Shown here piece after piece: positions 12,613 through 24,159 of a stretch of 64,000 bases of DNA. The notes under the pieces are model-generated. The model saw only the letters and a program-made list of their open reading frames with translations. It had not been told where the DNA came from and made no database searches. How positions within the stretch are numbered: the stretch's first letter is position 1; each line of letters opens with the position of its first letter. The stretch lies in NCBI GenBank assembly GCA_905178155.1, contig CAJINV010000002.1, forward strand, positions 5,265,709 to 5,329,708, read 5' to 3'. The DNA comes from Amoebophrya sp. A120 (Eukaryota; Protista; Dinoflagellata). A program made the position numbers and the translations under genes.

Positions 12613-15600
12613 ATGAGCTTGTTGTCTATGTCTTCCAGAGACGAGGACGAGGAAGTCGTGCCGGAGCACTGTGGGGAAAGACAAAGAGAAAGACCAACAT
12701 CGTCCCCTCGACCGAGGCGGGACGACCGAGAGAAGAAAGCAAAGAAGAAAAAGTCATCATCTACGAAAAAAGCGAAGAAATGCGAAGACGCGAGGACAAG
12801 TAGCATGTTAATATCGTGTGTCGACAAGAACTCGGATGATGCTGGAGAGCAGAGGAAAGACGACCGATCTGCTCCAAGAGCTGCAAAAACTTCCTCATCT
12901 TCAAGAGCGTCTACTTCCAAAAAACACCGTCGGAGTGCCACTCCGGGGTCGGGGCTTCTGCACCGGACTGCAGCCGACGAACTGAAAGTGGAGCTTGGTC
13001 GTAGCGACGTCGACACGGACTCAGTTTGCCTTTGCTCGGACGGGCACGAGCGTGAACAAAATTATGCTTCTGATTCCCTCAGCGTGAAGCACAAGCAGGA
13101 TCGTAACGTAGACCACGAAAAGCGGCGGGATTATAATAATATAACGCACCGACATCGAGAAGTGAAAGCGGAGAGGCAGGGAAAAAAATTGAAGTCAGAT
13201 GATCGCGAGCACGAACGGCGTAGCCAATTGTCACGGGAGGATCTACAACTTCAACACGCAGAACATGCGGTAGTTGAGAAGAAAAAGAAGAAGAGAAAGA
13301 AACGGTCCGCGACGCCCTCCAGTGGCTCAGATAAAAATCTTGGAGACCGTCGTGACAGGGACAAGGGAATAAATCGCGGCATCAAGGCCTGTTACGATAA
13401 GAACGCTTCTCACACGACGTCTCCAAACGCAAGCAGCGTGGCCCGCCGGGGAATAAAGGTGGAGACGAACCTGGCACTACTTCCAGAAGAGGACCAGCAA
13501 GACGATCACAGCCACCATCTTCCAAATAAAAAATCCGATCAAAGTCATTTTATTTGCGATGAAAAAAGTGGCACGGGTACTTCTAGTTCTACGTCAGAAA
13601 CAAAAAGGCCGTCTTCGAACACGAGTCCCAGCTGTCGCACCTTTGCTCCTAGCCGCAAAGAGCTGGAGTTTCATCCACAGCACTACGATAATTATGCAGC
13701 TGGGCGGAGCTGCCACGGGAAGATACAGGCTGCGGCGCATGATCATGGGGGAGTTGATGGCGGTATCTCTGATTTATGCGCAAGAAATCCTCTAGACGAG
13801 TCGTTTCTACAGGACGACGATGGGGAGGAGGAACCTTCATTTTCCAGAAAATCACCGAAAAGAAAATCACCGAAAAAGGAAAAGAAGCACAATAAATCAA
13901 GCAGCACAACAAGCGGTGACCACGGTGTGTGTGAGCGAGGAGACAGACTATCAAAGAACTACCCCGACGATGAAGCAGAAGATGATGGTCAAGAACATGA
14001 TGATCGCAGGTCGTCTCGTCGGCCTCGGCGTAGTACAAGGAACAAGAAGGAGATGTCTTCAACCGAGGGCCCTTCTACTGCTGAGGAATCTTCCGAAGAT
14101 GTCGAAATTCTTCTTGGACAGCACGGTAAAAATTTTTCTGATGATACGAGGAAAATAAAAGTGGATGCACCACGACCAGAGGTTCGTCTTGTTGAGCTGC
14201 AGCAGGGCAAGAGCGACGATACCCAGGACGAGATCGACTTCTCACCTTCGGCAGGACCAGGAGGTCGTTGCGAAACTTCTTCGCTTTTAAATGAGTCGTT
14301 TCTAGCTAATTTCTTGCCCCTTGATGCAGAAGATGAACAGAAACAAGCCGCCGGTCAAGGGGAAGAGACGAGACATTATGATCCGTTGCTCGCTACTACT
14401 GCGTGTACGTCATCAACATCCTGCATTGCGCCCCGGGTTGGGGCGGCAGGAGAAAAAAGTGCCACGACCAGATTACATAATGGACCCGGAACAACCCCCT
14501 CCACCAATCAGGGAAAAAATACGATTCCGGTGGGCAGATCATCGAGCAACTTTTACCGTGCCGGAGGTCCTCGTCCTAACCGCCGGCTGTCTATGGTGGA
14601 AGAGGAGACGGAACGAAGTCGCGATGGTTCTACTTGTAGTTCCGGCGATGATCTTCAGTTGTCGGGCAAAACTTCTTCTATCGCCGCGTCGCCACTGGGC
14701 GTGCCCGTTTCATCTTCAAATAATCATCCGGAAAGAGCACGGCATACGGGAGGGGAGGAAGCTGTTGAGATAAATTCAAGAAGTAAAGATTCCAACCGCA
14801 CTTGTGCAGGCGCTAATGTAGAACAAGTTAACCCAGCAGTTGTAATATCACACGACGGGTCGGGGTCCTCCTCCACCTCCCGCACATCTTCCGCCACTGG
14901 CCAGCGTGGCAGCGCCTCGGCCCGGAGCGGACGTGATGCTGAAAATCAAAAGGCAGGCTTTTTCGAGGTCGTGGAACAAGTGAGCACGGGTCGTCGGAGT
15001 CGTGCGCCGAGTGATGCAGAAAGCAGAAGTAGTTGCAGCAAAGAAGCGTCTGCTTCAGAAGACAGAGCTGCACGACGTAGAAGAACAAGTCCGCGGCGTG
15101 AGGACACGAACCTAAAGAAGAATTTACAACGACGAGCTCACGACCGCCTTGACGACTCGGCGTCGCAGAGAAGTGACGAAGACGGCGAGGGGGCCGCTGA
15201 AAACCGAAGGGGAATGACCGCGGGTCTTCCTGCGAAATCTGTCGGACGCGGCAAGGACGTTGTACCTGGTCAACATGTAGTTCGTGACACTCGACCACCT
15301 TCACGAACCAAACCAGAGACCTCGATCACTCATTCACGGGCGGACGAACAAAGTTCTTCCCGTTCATCGTCCTCTTCGGACGGACGCGATTCCACTTCAT
15401 ATAGGCGAAAAAAGAAGCGACCAAAAGGAACAAGCGGCACCAGTACAGCTAAATGTTCCACAGACCACCGCGACAACCAGGTGGAACAAGAAAGCCATGA
15501 GAAGGTGGAGAGCAAACCACCAAAACCTTCTCCATTGCGGACGGTGTTGGCGGAGCAGCAAGACGTTACTGCGAAATTTGGAGCAGGATCGTCCTCTTCG

Positions 15601-18600
15601 TCCTCGTCGTCAGATGAAGCCGGACCGGACAGTAGTTCATCTTCTTCGCATAACAGCCAAAACGCGCATGACGTTGACACCTCGTCCGCCTCGGACAACA
15701 GCTCTGATGAATCTCCCGCCGGTAGTTCAAAGTCATCGACGTCCACCTTTGGCACTTGCTCATCTGCAGAGGACAGCCGTGCACTGCAACCCCGAACAAG
15801 AATATTTGGGGGGCATCACCAGCACCGGCGCGAAAAGGAAGGAACTCAAAAAGGACAAAAGCGAAACGAAGTTGTACACACCTTGCAAACTACATCAAAA
15901 GGAAAAAGAAAAAAGCACAAGAAGAAGAACAAAAATCGTCGGGGAAATCAAGAACGCGGCAGCAGCAACTCCACCTCGTCTTCGATGTGTAGTGGGAGCA
16001 AAAGTGGCGGCCGGGGGGAAGGTCGTCAACGCGTCAGGAAGAGAAACTACTCGAATGGTAAAAATCGCGGCGAAGAAGTTGTAGATGTAGTAGACTCCAT
16101 TGCTGATGTCAAATCGAAGAACAATAAAGAGAAAGTCAAGAGTGGCAAGATTCACCCTCCCTTCCCCGGATCAACTAGTACCATAAATCCGGACCACACG
16201 ACAAAGCGACGCAGCGGGACCTGCTCTGAAGACATCCTGAGCACGACCGCCCCCCGTATGTCGGAACAAGATCTTCCAGAGCCCACACCCACCTCCGTTG
16301 GGGCCTCAGGCAGCTGCACTACCGGCGGAGGTGGTCCATTCGCGACAGCAGGTGCTGGTGGAGCAGAAGATGAGCAGCATCTTCTAAAAAACAGCAATAA
16401 TAATAATTACACGGAGTCTGTCGTTCGGAATGGGCTGAACAAGAGAAGTCAGCAACAGTTTTTCCACCACCACCAGCAGAATGTCTGTAGTACTTCATCC
16501 TCCACCGCCTCACGAATTGGAGCTGCAGGACGAGAGCAGCAAATGGCGGAACAAGCGCATCAGCAATTTCGCTCGTCTGCCAGCGCGGTTTCCTCTTCCG
16601 GGCGGAGCTGCACCAGCACCTCCCGGCTTGTCGAGCAGTCGCGTGCCGTGAATCGCGACGCTGCCGGGCACGTGCAGAGCGCGACGGCGAGCCGGCGGAT
16701 CGCCGAGACCAGCCACATGATGCAGGGGCTGCACGGGCAGGAGCGCGCCGCCGTGCAGCGCGTGCAGCAGGAGCAGCACTCGTTTCAATCTGATTCGTTG
16801 AACCGCTCTTCGCACATCACTTCCCGGGTGGACTCCATCATGACCGCCAGTCTCCGCCTCGAAGACCCGAAGAAGGCCAAGAAGGAGCGGCAGCTGCTTC
16901 GATCGTTAAACGCGAGACGGGAACTGGAAAAAATGCGGATGCGTGAGGGTTTGAATGAAGAGTTGCCCGACTGGTGTACCGATGATCCGGACGCTTACGA
17001 AATTTCGGTACAATTATGCGAGGACAAACACGAGATTATGGAAGAGAATGATCAAATTATTTTGCTAAAACATGAATTAAGCACTTAGGTTTTTCCTATA
17101 TGAAAATCGGTTGTCTTGATATTACAGACGTCACCCCGCACAGGCTCTTGTGCACGCTTATCATCATTTATACCCAGGTAGTTGGTAGCGGCACGCAGTG
17201 GGCCCATTTTAAAGTGTACTGCCGACTGTGCGAAAAGATTGCCTATGAGATGGGCGAAGACAGTCGCGGGTATAGAAATTTTGTAGAGTATGTAGTTCTC
17301 TTCTAACTGTCTAATTCGATGTACCATATCAGGTAGAGCTGCGCGGTACGCAGTGGGCCTACTTCAAAGTGCATTGCAAGCTGTGTGACAAAGAAGCCTA
17401 CCCCGAACAGCACCTCGGGTACTGGTCTGCATCTCATCTCTTTGTTAGTTGTGCCTGATATTAGCCAGAGTGACTATTATAGCTGTCCGATCAAAACTTG
17501 TAAATTCAATGTGGCAAGAACAAGACAAAGACTTGATGCATGTTGGTATCACTATGGTGGACCGATCGTTTTCATCTGATCCCTTGTGCAGAAATAACAA
17601 CGAAGTCAACCTAGAGGTCATCTACCGGCGGAGCCCTATCTTAGCTGAATGGAACTAGATGAACACGAGCATAAAAGCGAAACTTCTAAAAAACTACAGC
17701 AACACGCACCGGGAGTCCGCGATGCACAAGAAACGGTGGGAGCAGTACAAGCATTATGGTGCGGGCGGCATGAACCTGCACCACCTCGGGCAGCCCAGCA
17801 CCGGGTTCAGCGTGCCGGCTGGCACGACCATCGACGGGTCGAACTTCCAGCAGCAACTGCCCCAGCATGCCATGCTCGCGGACGGACTCCAGTGCATGGA
17901 CCCAGAAGCGCGGGAGCGGGTGTACAAAGCGAATAGTGTATCAAAAGGAAAAATCCCCCCACCCCATATCGAAACGGAAATCTGTGATGCGGGATTTGTG
18001 TACACGAATTGGCTTTGTATTGCAGGAAGGCATCGCGGCCAGATCCCCGGGCTATGTAGGGGCGTTTCGGTCTAGTTGTTCAGCATGGCAAACGGCTCCG
18101 CTTTAGGCCCGACAGCATGACAAATCGCCTCCATAATGGGGGCGAAGCTTTTGCCGTTGTCTTCTGGCAAGACAGACGTGATTTGTGACCTCAAATCAGC
18201 AACACAAATTTTCGGAAACATGCTTTTTCGATATGGGGAGGGGGGATTTTTCCTCACAATACAGCGGAGAACTGTTTACGGTCCAGCATCAGCAGCGAAC
18301 CGAGATGGACCGAACGTGCACGCCGAATTTCCCCCCGGGCGCGTCGGCGCAGATCGGCAGCGTCAACGTCGATCAAAATTTTTATAACCGAGGAACAGGG
18401 GTTGGGGGGGCAGGAGCCGGCTTGGCATCTCCTGCTGGTACAACTATGGGAGGAAGCCATGGTCGTGGTGTACTGCCTGCTTCTTCCTCCTCTTCCGCAA
18501 GAAACGTCGGGCCGCTGGGGTTGCCGCAAAATCCGAGGCGGTCGGCTGCTACCGTAGCGTCCCAACAGCCGCCGCCGCGGGGGTGCTCTTTCGGGGAAAT

Positions 18601-19486
18601 AGACGGGGGAGAAATCAGTGCGATCTTGCCGGCACCTTCGATGGATGGGTATTTCAACACGTCGAACAACCTCGTTCACTCGGAGAACGGCGAACAAAGT
18701 TCTTTGTTCGGAACAACCATGCTGAATGGCGCGGCCAATCTGCAGCAACCAGGAGCAGCACCTCCGCGCAGAAACATCAATCCTAATGCCGCACTAGTGC
18801 CATCTAGTACCGCAGCCTCCTCGCTCCGCAGGTCACCGCAATTGCAACAAAATCAAAATGGAGCAGGAGGGCAACAGGAGCAACAAGAGATCATAGCACA
18901 CCAACAGCGGGGAAGAACCACGAGCAATGACAACAACATGCTGATTTGCCCCGAGATCCTCTCGGGGGATGCTCGGACATCGCACGCCTCCACGGCCCTC
19001 CGGCCAGAAACTTTACCCTTCGTGGCCGCCGTGCCCACGACGAGTCTGCGCGGAGGCAACAACCAAATTGTCCCCCTTTCCAACGAAAGTGGGTCGGGCG
19101 GGTCCGGAGGGCAACAGCAAGACCAGTACCGGGTGAATCCTATTCTGGTGAATCCCGTCAACCGGCAGCACGACTCCTTGACCAAGGAGGCCGTTTTCAT
19201 GATCGCAAAGGAAGCGGAAATTGAGGACTTGCCGCCGGAATTTCTCTACGACGAACCCGATGTGTACAAAATCATTTGCCAGGACAAGCGACCCGCCTAC
19301 ATCTACTTCGAGGCGAAGTGCCGGCTGTGCGACAAACTTTGTTGGCCGGAAGACACGCGAGGCAACACGCACCTGGACTCCCACAACCACAAAAGGCAAT
19401 ACGCGTACTGGAAAGCGCGACGCCGCGGCATCGAGGGGCAGAGAAAGGGGCAAGAGGTATACAGTGTGCGAGGAAGTAGGGTTTAG
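12613..19486 (+). CDS. Large low-complexity protein with two related CxxC...H-x5-H zinc-finger-like modules
   Basis: Exons 12613-17007, 17178-17269 or 17333-17418, 17700-17938, 18267-19486; GT-AG introns plus one introner; module LPDWCTDDPDAYEI..CRLCEK..GNTHRESAMH recurs as LPPEFLYDEPDVYKI..CRLCDK..GNTHLDSHNH. Confidence 0.75.
17178..17269 (+). other. Alternative exon A (putative mutually exclusive)
   Basis: CCCAG|GTA...CGCGG|GTATAG; encodes VVGSGTQWAHFKVYCRLCEKIAYEMGEDSRG; phase 0 to 2. Confidence 0.75.
17333..17418 (+). other. Alternative exon B (putative mutually exclusive)
   Basis: ATCAG|GTA...CTCGG|GTACTG; encodes VELRGTQWAYFKVHCKLCDKEAYPEQHLG; phase 0 to 2; CTAAC branch-like motif upstream. 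Confidence 0.75.
17939..18261. mobile_element. Introner family B
   Basis: Family B TIRs; diverged DR TAGTG/CAGCG; 328-nt removal joins ORFs 17659 and 18185. Confidence 0.9.
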
Positions 19487-19666
19487 AATTTAGGATTACT
19501 TAACTTAATCCTAATAAGTACTAAAAAATCTGAACTTTATGTTCTGCTGCTCTGCTCCTGTGGTTAGTCTTAGTCTCAGTCTTGTTTAGAGGGTGTCGTC
19601 AATCTGTAAACGAACAAACACCTCCTTTCTCTGTGAACGAAACAAGGCATTTACTTTTGCGTCAAC

Positions 19667-22414
19667 ATGAACTCGTACCAAAATCAAAAGAAACCTAAAC
19701 AGTTGCTGGCCCTGGAGATTTCGAAGTTAGATGCGATTGGCGGGAATAACACTTCGGCCCTGAGCAGTTCCAGTGCCATAATCCAACCGGAGGAGCTTTC
19801 TTTCTTAGGCCCTGGAGGCGCGCCCGCCCTGGGCGGCGGACATCAACAATTAGCTGCCACAGCATTTTCCGGAAGTAGAACAAAGCCGCCGAAGATGACG
19901 GAATCCATGGCCCGCTACTTTCAAAGTATCGACGACTCCGTTGCGGCTGCGCCGGACGCGACGCGGGAGATATGCGTTGCAAATATGTCTGGGTCTGGAA
20001 GAGTGCGAACTTGTGATGCGCATTTCACAACACTGACAAATCTCTCATGCATAGGCAGCAAAAGGTGCCCATTTCCTGTCACCAAAATGGGGGATTTGTC
20101 ATGCAGATTAAGCAATGCGGATGCTTCTCGAGTTCTGTGATGCTAGGGCTTCCATGACAGACATTCTGTGTCATGCAAAAACAGCATGAAGGCCAGACAT
20201 TTTTGCATTTGATAGGAGAGTGTGATCGACGAAAGCGCAAGTTCCGAACACACTAGGACCTCGCGGGTCAAGAGGGCGTCGCGGCGGGAACATGACAAGA
20301 GCGGTCGTGATAACGGTGGTCGTGGTCAGAATAAGAACAAGATATCCCGTGCAAAAGTATCGTACTCGTAGTAATCGCATTTATGCATTACAAGTCTCTT
20401 TCTCCAGGTAAATCAGCATTACAAATTTAATTTGTAATGCTGGTGGAATTTGTAATGCAATTTATACTAGTACGATGCTTTTGCACTGCATACAAGAACG
20501 TGACGAGCAGTAGACCGCCGCCCTCTTCCTCCGCCGCGTCCGCTTGTACTTCGAGGTATGATCCAGGCGGCACCATTGATCCTCGTGTGCCAGGACAACA
20601 ACAGGGCCAACGGCAGCAGCACAGTGGCCGTTCAACTACTTCGAGAGCAAATCCCTTGCTAAACGCCTCCTGCCACTCTTCCTCCACTACCGGTGGAAAT
20701 GGCCGGGGCATGAAAACGTTGACGCAGTCCATGCTGGAAGAATCGGCTTCTGCGCACCTCCCGGCGCGGCACGTGGCGCAGCTGCAGCAGGATTTTTCGA
20801 ACCTAGAGTGGGACGCGGCTGTGGCGGCGCAGGACCCGGTGCCCCCAGGCTTCCTCGAGGCGCACAAGGATATCCATTGCAAAAGTGTCTGGGTCTGGAA
20901 TAATGTAGGACTTGTCATGCCTGTCTGGCATGATTCTTAGATCTGTGATGCGTAAGCAGGAACGGGGCCTCTTGCCTGTCATGCGAAAACGCAGTTTGCC
21001 TTTGCCATGCGGAAAACGAAACACATGGCAGTGCAAAAACTTGTCATGCCTGGCTGCATATTGTAGTTCGCCTACCATTCAGAGATTTGCATCACAAGTT
21101 TCCAGACCCAGACACTTTTGCATTTGATAAAGGAGGCGAAAACGCCCATTGAAAAATGGAACATGTTTTCCCCCTACAACTTCCTCCGCCGGACCTACAA
21201 CGAGAAAGCCTCCGCGGTGTTGGGACGTACTTTTTTTCTGTTTCATTTCACTTTGCTTGATGTTCAGCTTTTGGGGGTCCTTGTTACAGGAAAAAATCTG
21301 ATTGCGAAGTTTAGTTTGTTGACCTCTGGGGCTTTTCGTAGGTGACACGACAGCCTTAGATGAACGCAGGCCGCAGCTCGAGGACATGAAATTGCCTCCA
21401 TTAATCCTGTCACACATCAACACAGGCGACATGGACGAGGAGATCTACCAAGCGGAAGAGGTGATGCAGGATTGCAGCCTTCTTGGCGCGCAGACCGGGC
21501 CTCTGCTCTGCATGGGCAAGAACGTCCCCACCGACCGGGGCCGCTTCGCCTCCGTATCAGATGTAAAAATGTCTGGGTCTGGAAGATTACAACTTGTCAT
21601 GCTAAATCCGAATGATGCAAAAATCTGTGTTGCGTGAGTACCAAAAGCTGTCCGCTTTTGACCAAGTTGAGAGGGAGTTTCTCATGCAGGAAAGGCATGA
21701 TAGAGACCTCACAAAATCTGTCATGCTGGGTCTCGCATTCCAGACCCCATGGGTCATGGAAAACCTGCATCAGAAATCTTGCATTCTTCCAGACCCAGAC
21801 ATTTTTACATTTGATACTCCGGGGCCAGCACCTACTGCAGCCAGAAATCGCACCGGATCGCGAAAACCGACTTGAGTCAGCTCTCCAGGATGGGCCCGGG
21901 TCCGGGGAGGCCGAAGGACAACTCCGCGAAGTACGGACCGGCCTACCCGAGGCTGTACAGTGATCGCGAAAGCATTTACAGCAGTGTGACCACGAGCAAC
22001 AACTCGGTGATCAACAAGTCCGGACGGGTGAGCAAAGTGTGGCAGGACCACCAGGCAATCGAGAAACTCGCGAAGCGGCAGCCGGGCGCGGACGCGTTTC
22101 TGGCGCGGTGGACCTACTGGAATCAGTGCGCGGGCATTCCCAACCGGCAGCTCCCCTACGAGTGGGTGATCTTACTGCCCGGCAAGTCCCTGAAGGACTG
22201 CTCGAACGGGTATGCGTTGCGCTGCCTGCTCTGCGAAGCGTCCCCGCAGGACCCGTGCACCAAAGGGGTGAACCACACGGATGACGGACCCGGGTATCAC
22301 CTGAAACGGCTGAAGGATTACATCTCGGCCAGGGACGACGTCCGGAGACGGCGGTGGGAGGCCATCCGGGAATACAGTCTGCCCTACTGGCAACAACGTA
22401 CTTGTTGTTGTTAG
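19667..22414 (+). CDS. Hypothetical protein with C-terminal CxxC..H..H zinc-finger-like motif; 4 introners and 1 GT-AG intron
   Basis: Continuous frame after removing elements at 19971, 20343, 20871 and 21555 and GT-AG intron 21227-21341. Confidence 0.8.
19971..20214. mobile_element. Introner family A
   Basis: TIRs; perfect DR GGAGA; 249-nt in-frame removal. Confidence 0.9.
20343..20492. mobile_element. Introner family D
   Basis: TIR TATCCCGTGCAAAAGTATCGTACT / AGTACGATGCTTTTGCACTGCATA; perfect DR CAAGA; frame restored. Confidence 0.9.
20871..21129. mobile_element. Introner family A
   Basis: TIRs; perfect DR AAGGA; 264-nt in-frame removal. Confidence 0.92.
21555..21816. mobile_element. Introner family A
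   Basis: TIRs; perfect DR CTCCG; 267-nt in-frame removal. Confidence 0.93.
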
Positions 22415-22597
22415 TTTATTTCTTGCGCAGTAATTGAAATATCATATCAATATCAATGCGAAGGAGGATGGAACTGTTCTCCTTCTTTTGAAGCTCCGAA
22501 GGCACAGAGCTTCAGTTCGTGTAACATTGTTTTACCGAATTTTCTACCTAAGGTAAGTAAGTATCGTGTTTCAAAAAGAAAAAGACAATCTACCTCC

Positions 22598-23995
22598 ATG
22601 TCAGATTGGGACACGGACGAGATCGCGCGTCTGCGTTCCGAGGGGCACTTCTCCGTTTACGCCACTTTGTGGCCGGAGGAACAGTTTGCGGTCCGGACCG
22701 CACTAATGTACGGCTGGAAGATGATCACCGAGGACTACTTGCCCAACGGAAAATACTCTTCCGAGCAGATTCTGAAGCAGCAATTCAGTTACGGGGAGGA
22801 ACATTTGGAAGCCATGTTCCAAATCTACCACGAGATTACCTTCGGGAAGCCGAACGCGTGGGAGAAATTCGTGACAGAGTCGGACAAGATGACGGATGCG
22901 GACTCGGAAAGAGAGGAGAACGTAGAGGCAATCAACGTTATGCTGGAAGAAATGGAACAGGAAAAAAATCAGCGCCGGGGGAATTACAATCCTGATGGCG
23001 GGGAGGCACATGCATCAAGAAGAAACCAAGCCGCGGCTGCCTCCACGACGGCCGGGCGGGAAAGAGTTCCTAGGTCGAGAAGAAGTGGTAAAGAAAACCC
23101 CCGCGGGGCTGTCTTGGAGCACGTTCCCTTCGGGGGTGACACAAATGTTGTAGCTAATGACGATTTTACACTGCCGGAGACAACAAGTCGGGCACCCGGG
23201 CAGGAGACAGACGTCGCGACTGAAAAGCAAAAGCACAGAAGGGATGAAAAGAAGGAGAAGAAGTCAAAGAGCGAAAAGCACCGAACGAAGGAAGGACGAG
23301 AGGCAGGTTATGGTGAGAGAGAACAAGCAAGGGAGCATATCGCAGAGACATCTTCAATGAGGCGGACACTTGACGTGGACGACAGAAACGACGAGAGACG
23401 CGCACCGGCGCGGAGAAGATCTGAGGATCCTCGGGAGATGAACAAGAATCTCGTTCCGGCCACCATGCCTGCAGCTCCGGGACAAGAAAATCATGATCTC
23501 CGCCCTCAAGAAGATCTTGATCTAGCACACAACGGTGAAGATGATAGTCGACAAAATCAAAAGTCTGAAGTGGATAGCACCTCCTCTCCGATGAAACGGA
23601 AGTTGAAGAAGGAGAAAAAAGATAAAAAATCCAAGAAAGACAAGAAATACGAGCGAAGGCGAAAGGACGAAGACGACGAGGAAGTCCACGGCAACCGGCA
23701 TGCTGGACCGGAAAGTGACCGCACAAGCAGGGCCAGGAACGATCACGATGCTTTGGAATCAAAGAAGAAGATGAAAAAAGAAAAGAAAACCCGCGCGACT
23801 TCATGCGAGCGGTGTGAGGTTGACCACTTTTCGGATGAGGGGCCTAGCGCTTCTACTGCTCCGCAGGTTCATCTTCGGGAACCAACAAATAGGGCGGGAA
23901 AGAACGTGTTAAGCAGAGACAAATCCAAGAGCACGATGCGCCGGGTTTCCGTGGAGTCCTCCGAGAGGTCTCTTGGGTCGGTTGGGGGAGGATGA
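22598..23995 (+). CDS. Hypothetical protein, Lys/Glu/Arg-rich C-terminus
   Basis: Uninterrupted 465-aa ATG-initiated ORF with globular-looking N-terminus. Confidence 0.75.
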   Translation: MSDWDTDEIARLRSEGHFSVYATLWPEEQFAVRTALMYGWKMITEDYLPNGKYSSEQILKQQFSYGEEHLEAMFQIYHEITFGKPNAWEKFVTESDKMTDADSEREENVEAINVMLEEMEQEKNQRRGNYNPDGGEAHASRRNQAAAASTTAGRERVPRSRRSGKENPRGAVLEHVPFGGDTNVVANDDFTLPETTSRAPGQETDVATEKQKHRRDEKKEKKSKSEKHRTKEGREAGYGEREQAREHIAETSSMRRTLDVDDRNDERRAPARRRSEDPREMNKNLVPATMPAAPGQENHDLRPQEDLDLAHNGEDDSRQNQKSEVDSTSSPMKRKLKKEKKDKKSKKDKKYERRRKDEDDEEVHGNRHAGPESDRTSRARNDHDALESKKKMKKEKKTRATSCERCEVDHFSDEGPSASTAPQVHLREPTNRAGKNVLSRDKSKSTMRRVSVESSERSLGSVGGG

Positions 23996-24159
23996 ACAGG
24001 GGGGAGGTTTGGGTTTGAGGACTGTGCATCTACCTAGAAGAACAAGAATTGCGAGAGCCACAGCTACTGCTTTTACTGCAGGTCTCGGGTACATTGCATT
24101 CACCGGTCGTGTCCTGTGAATTTGACAATACATGTACAAAAGTAGACGCTCACCGCAGA

